Shown: positions 29,974 to 32,000 of the stretch, piece after piece
How the letters are laid out: every line of letters starts with the position of its first letter
Position numbering within the stretch: position 1 is the stretch's first letter
Assembly: GCA_963699255.1 (NCBI GenBank)
Contig: OY969425.1
Coordinates: forward strand, 630,001-662,000
DNA: 32,000 nucleotides
Source of the DNA: an uncultured bacterium
Lineage (GTDB): Bacteria; Margulisbacteria; WOR-1; CAVSGV01
Direction of reading: 5' to 3'
Translations under genes and position numbers: made by a program
Notes under the pieces: model-generated
Database searches by the model: none
The model's input: only the letters and a program-made list of their open reading frames with translations
What the model was told of the DNA's origin: nothing

Positions 29974-31086
29974 TCACCCCGACCGTAGCGTCGGGGACTT
30001 TAAAAATGCCTCTATGAACACATCTATATTTCCGTCTATCACCTTCTGGACATCGCTTACCTCCGCGCCGGTCCTGTGGTCCTTTACCATGGTATATGGG
30101 GCAAAAACATACGACCTTATCTGGTTCCCCCATCCGATCTCGCGCCTCTGCCCCCTCAGCTCTTCTATCTTTTCCTTCCTTTCCTCAAGGAGCATCTCAT
30201 ATAGTTTTGCCTTCATGATCTTCATCGCGGCTTCCCTGTTCGCGTGCTGGGAGCGGTCTGACTGGCTCTGCGTCACGATACCCGTCGGAACATGGGTTAT
30301 CCTTATTGCCGAGCTTACCTTATTCACGTTCTGGCCGCCGGGACCGCTTGCCCTGAAGGTATCTACGCGCAGGTCCGCCGGGTTTATCTCAACCTTGATA
30401 TCTTCAGTTATTTCAGGGATCACTTCAACGGAAGCGAAAGAAGTATGGCGCTTGCCGTCAGCGTTAAACGGCGACATCCTCACGAGCCTGTGGATCCCTT
30501 TTTCCGCCTTAAGATATCCGTAGGCATACAGCCCCGACACGATAACGGTGGCGCCTTTTATGCCCGCCTCTTCGCCGTAAGAAATATCCGGCATCTCAAC
30601 GCCGTATCCTTTTGATTCCGCCCACCTGCCGTACATCCTGAGCAGTATCTGCGCCCAGTCCTGCGCGTCGGTGCCGCCCGCCCCGGCGTTTATCGATACT
30701 ATCGCGCTGTTCTTGTCATACTCTCCCGCCATAAGGGTCATGAGCTCAAGAGAAGATATGTCGCCTGTTAGCCCCGTCAGGTCCTGGGAGAGATCTTTTT
30801 CCGCCGATTCAAGTTTCTCCTCAACGGCCGTGTCTACAAGAACGGACAGGTCTTCCGCTTTTGTTCTCAGCTTTTTCCATGAAGCGACCTGATCTTCAAG
30901 GGACTTCAGCTCCCGCAGCAGCTTCTGCGCTTCCTGAGCGTCCTTCCAGAGGTCGGCACCTGATGTTTTCATATGAAGCTCTTTTATCTTTGCTTCCTTG
31001 TTCTCTATATCAAGAAGCTTTGAAAGCTCGCCGACTTTTTTTTGCGCGGAATCTATTTTACTTTTTAATTCGTCCAACATTTGCAC
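29974..31086 (-). CDS. prfB: Peptide chain release factor 2
   Basis: INAGAGGTDAQDWAQILLRMY, RVDTFRASGPGGQNVNKVSSAIRITHVPTGIV. Confidence 0.96.
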   Translation of the reverse strand: MQMLDELKSKIDSAQKKVGELSKLLDIENKEAKIKELHMKTSGADLWKDAQEAQKLLRELKSLEDQVASWKKLRTKAEDLSVLVDTAVEEKLESAEKDLSQDLTGLTGDISSLELMTLMAGEYDKNSAIVSINAGAGGTDAQDWAQILLRMYGRWAESKGYGVEMPDISYGEEAGIKGATVIVSGLYAYGYLKAEKGIHRLVRMSPFNADGKRHTSFASVEVIPEITEDIKVEINPADLRVDTFRASGPGGQNVNKVSSAIRITHVPTGIVTQSQSDRSQHANREAAMKIMKAKLYEMLLEERKEKIEELRGQRREIGWGNQIRSYVFAPYTMVKDHRTGAEVSDVQKVIDGNIDVFIEAFLKSPTLRSG

Positions 31087-31096
31087 ATCCCGTTTC

Positions 31097-31189
31097 GCGG
31101 AGATAAACTCCGCTCTTCCAATCTACAAAGCAGAGCTTGCCCCGCAGAGATGCTCCGCATTCTTGCGGGGCTTGCCTCTGCGAAGCTTT
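31097..31189. repeat. Cluster of GC-rich inverted repeats
   Basis: GCGGAG-ATAAA-CTCCGC (31097-31113); nested GCAGAG (31130)/CTCTGC (31176) and GCCCCGCA (31139)/TGCGGGGC (31164). Confidence 0.8.
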
Positions 31190-32000
31190 ACTTCAATACT
31201 ATTATTTTCCCTTTCCCTATCGTTCGGCCCTCGGAAGCTATCCTGAAAAGATACACGCCATTCGCGACCGTTTCCCCGAAATCGTTTTTCCCGTCCCAGT
31301 AAACCCTGTTCGTTCCCTGGTTGCCTCCGTTCGTCCCGGATGAAAAGTATTTCCTGCAGATCAAGCTGCCTGATATATCAAAAAAGTAAATATAAGTTTC
31401 GGAATTCGCGTTAAGATCGTATTTGATCATTATCGATCCCTTGTTCGGATTGAACGGGTTCGGGCCGTACTGGGCCCGCGCCATAAGCAAAGGCGAGTCG
31501 GAAGACCCGGCATGAAAGATGATCATTTTTGCTTTTGACGTGAGATCGTTCAAAGTAAGTCTTACGGTCAAGTCGCCGTCTAATCCGGTCGAATCCAGGA
31601 CAGCCAAGGTCCCGTTAAGCACCGGGGTTGTGGAAGTCTCAAGTGTTGTCCATGTTGTCGGGCTGCTGCCTCGTCCGTATTCAACCACGTATTTGCTGAA
31701 TGTTTCACCAGTCGCGCTTCCAAGTATATTGATAACCCCATAGGCGGTCCCTTTATTCGCTGGAGAAGAAATGTATCCGTAAAGCCCGCCTAGTGACGCA
31801 AAAGCATTTATGCGTCCTTTGCCAAGCTTCCCTTCGTAACCGGGATTATACGCGTCAATATTATCCGCATAATCTTCAATCCTCTGGACCACCGCTTCAG
31901 CTGATATCCCGGGATACTTCGCGATAATAAGCGCCGCCAGCCCTGAAACAAAAGGCGTTGCCATGGAAGTACCTTCAAGCCATTCATCACTTACATCATC
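31188..32000 (-). CDS. Subtilisin-family (S8) serine peptidase, C-terminal part, with FlgD-like/secretion-sorting-like C-terminal domain; 5' end off window
   Basis: Catalytic-Ser motif GTSMATPFVSGLAALI (reading past the listed ATG), C-terminal YGPNPFNPNKGSIMIKYDL...YFFDISGSLICRKYF...VYWDGKNDFGETVANGVYLFRI. Confidence 0.9.
   Translation of the reverse strand, partial: DDVSDEWLEGTSMATPFVSGLAALIIAKYPGISAEAVVQRIEDYADNIDAYNPGYEGKLGKGRINAFASLGGLYGYISSPANKGTAYGVINILGSATGETFSKYVVEYGRGSSPTTWTTLETSTTPVLNGTLAVLDSTGLDGDLTVRLTLNDLTSKAKMIIFHAGSSDSPLLMARAQYGPNPFNPNKGSIMIKYDLNANSETYIYFFDISGSLICRKYFSSGTNGGNQGTNRVYWDGKNDFGETVANGVYLFRIASEGRTIGKGKIIVLK

Noticed and set aside
29974-31086. Programmed +1 frameshift typical of prfB
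   Set aside because: The ORF reads through continuously (ELSKLLDIENKEAK) with no in-frame TGA, so no frameshift is needed.
31081-31343. Short plus-strand ORFs around the inverted repeats
   Set aside because: Low-complexity products from repeat sequence and antisense of the peptidase gene; no start-site support.

Overview
This 32 kb window looks like ordinary bacterial chromosome, mostly housekeeping genes. The gene content and the short intergenic repeats suggest an uncultivated Gram-negative-type lineage; Omnitrophota-like is my inference, not demonstrated. Minus-strand cluster 1 is accC-nusB-ribE-ribBA-ribH. It is followed by a small basic-protein gene, a polysaccharide deacetylase and tRNA-Gly(CCC). 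Downstream of tRNA-Gly is an AT-rich accessory patch (about 5.44-7.65 kb) with a tRNA-fragment/hairpin tandem repeat, a lone nuclease-like ORF with an operator-like palindrome over its promoter, and a PEGA/beta-barrel protein gene. Further on are tRNA-Cys, tRNA-Val, a glycosyltransferase, a TPR membrane protein, pyrK-pyrD-ogg, murE-femAB, a trpG/pabA-type gene, an fmdB-type gene, serS, cysS, cysE, a DUF2148 gene, a K+ channel gene, a methyltransferase gene, asd, a histidine kinase gene, a csaB-tagA fusion, a DUF5693 gene, prfB and a partial S8 peptidase gene. The most robust non-routine observation is six apparent single-nucleotide frameshifts in five genes (two in cysS), nearly all at short homopolymers. 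These are probably sequence errors, but need checking. Other observations are candidate leaderless promoters, GAGATGN heptamer repeats and the tRNA-Gly-associated hairpin repeat. I see no CRISPR array, integrase, transposase or recognisable multi-gene defence system. I cannot claim a demonstrated new system; the best candidate locus is 5441-6562.
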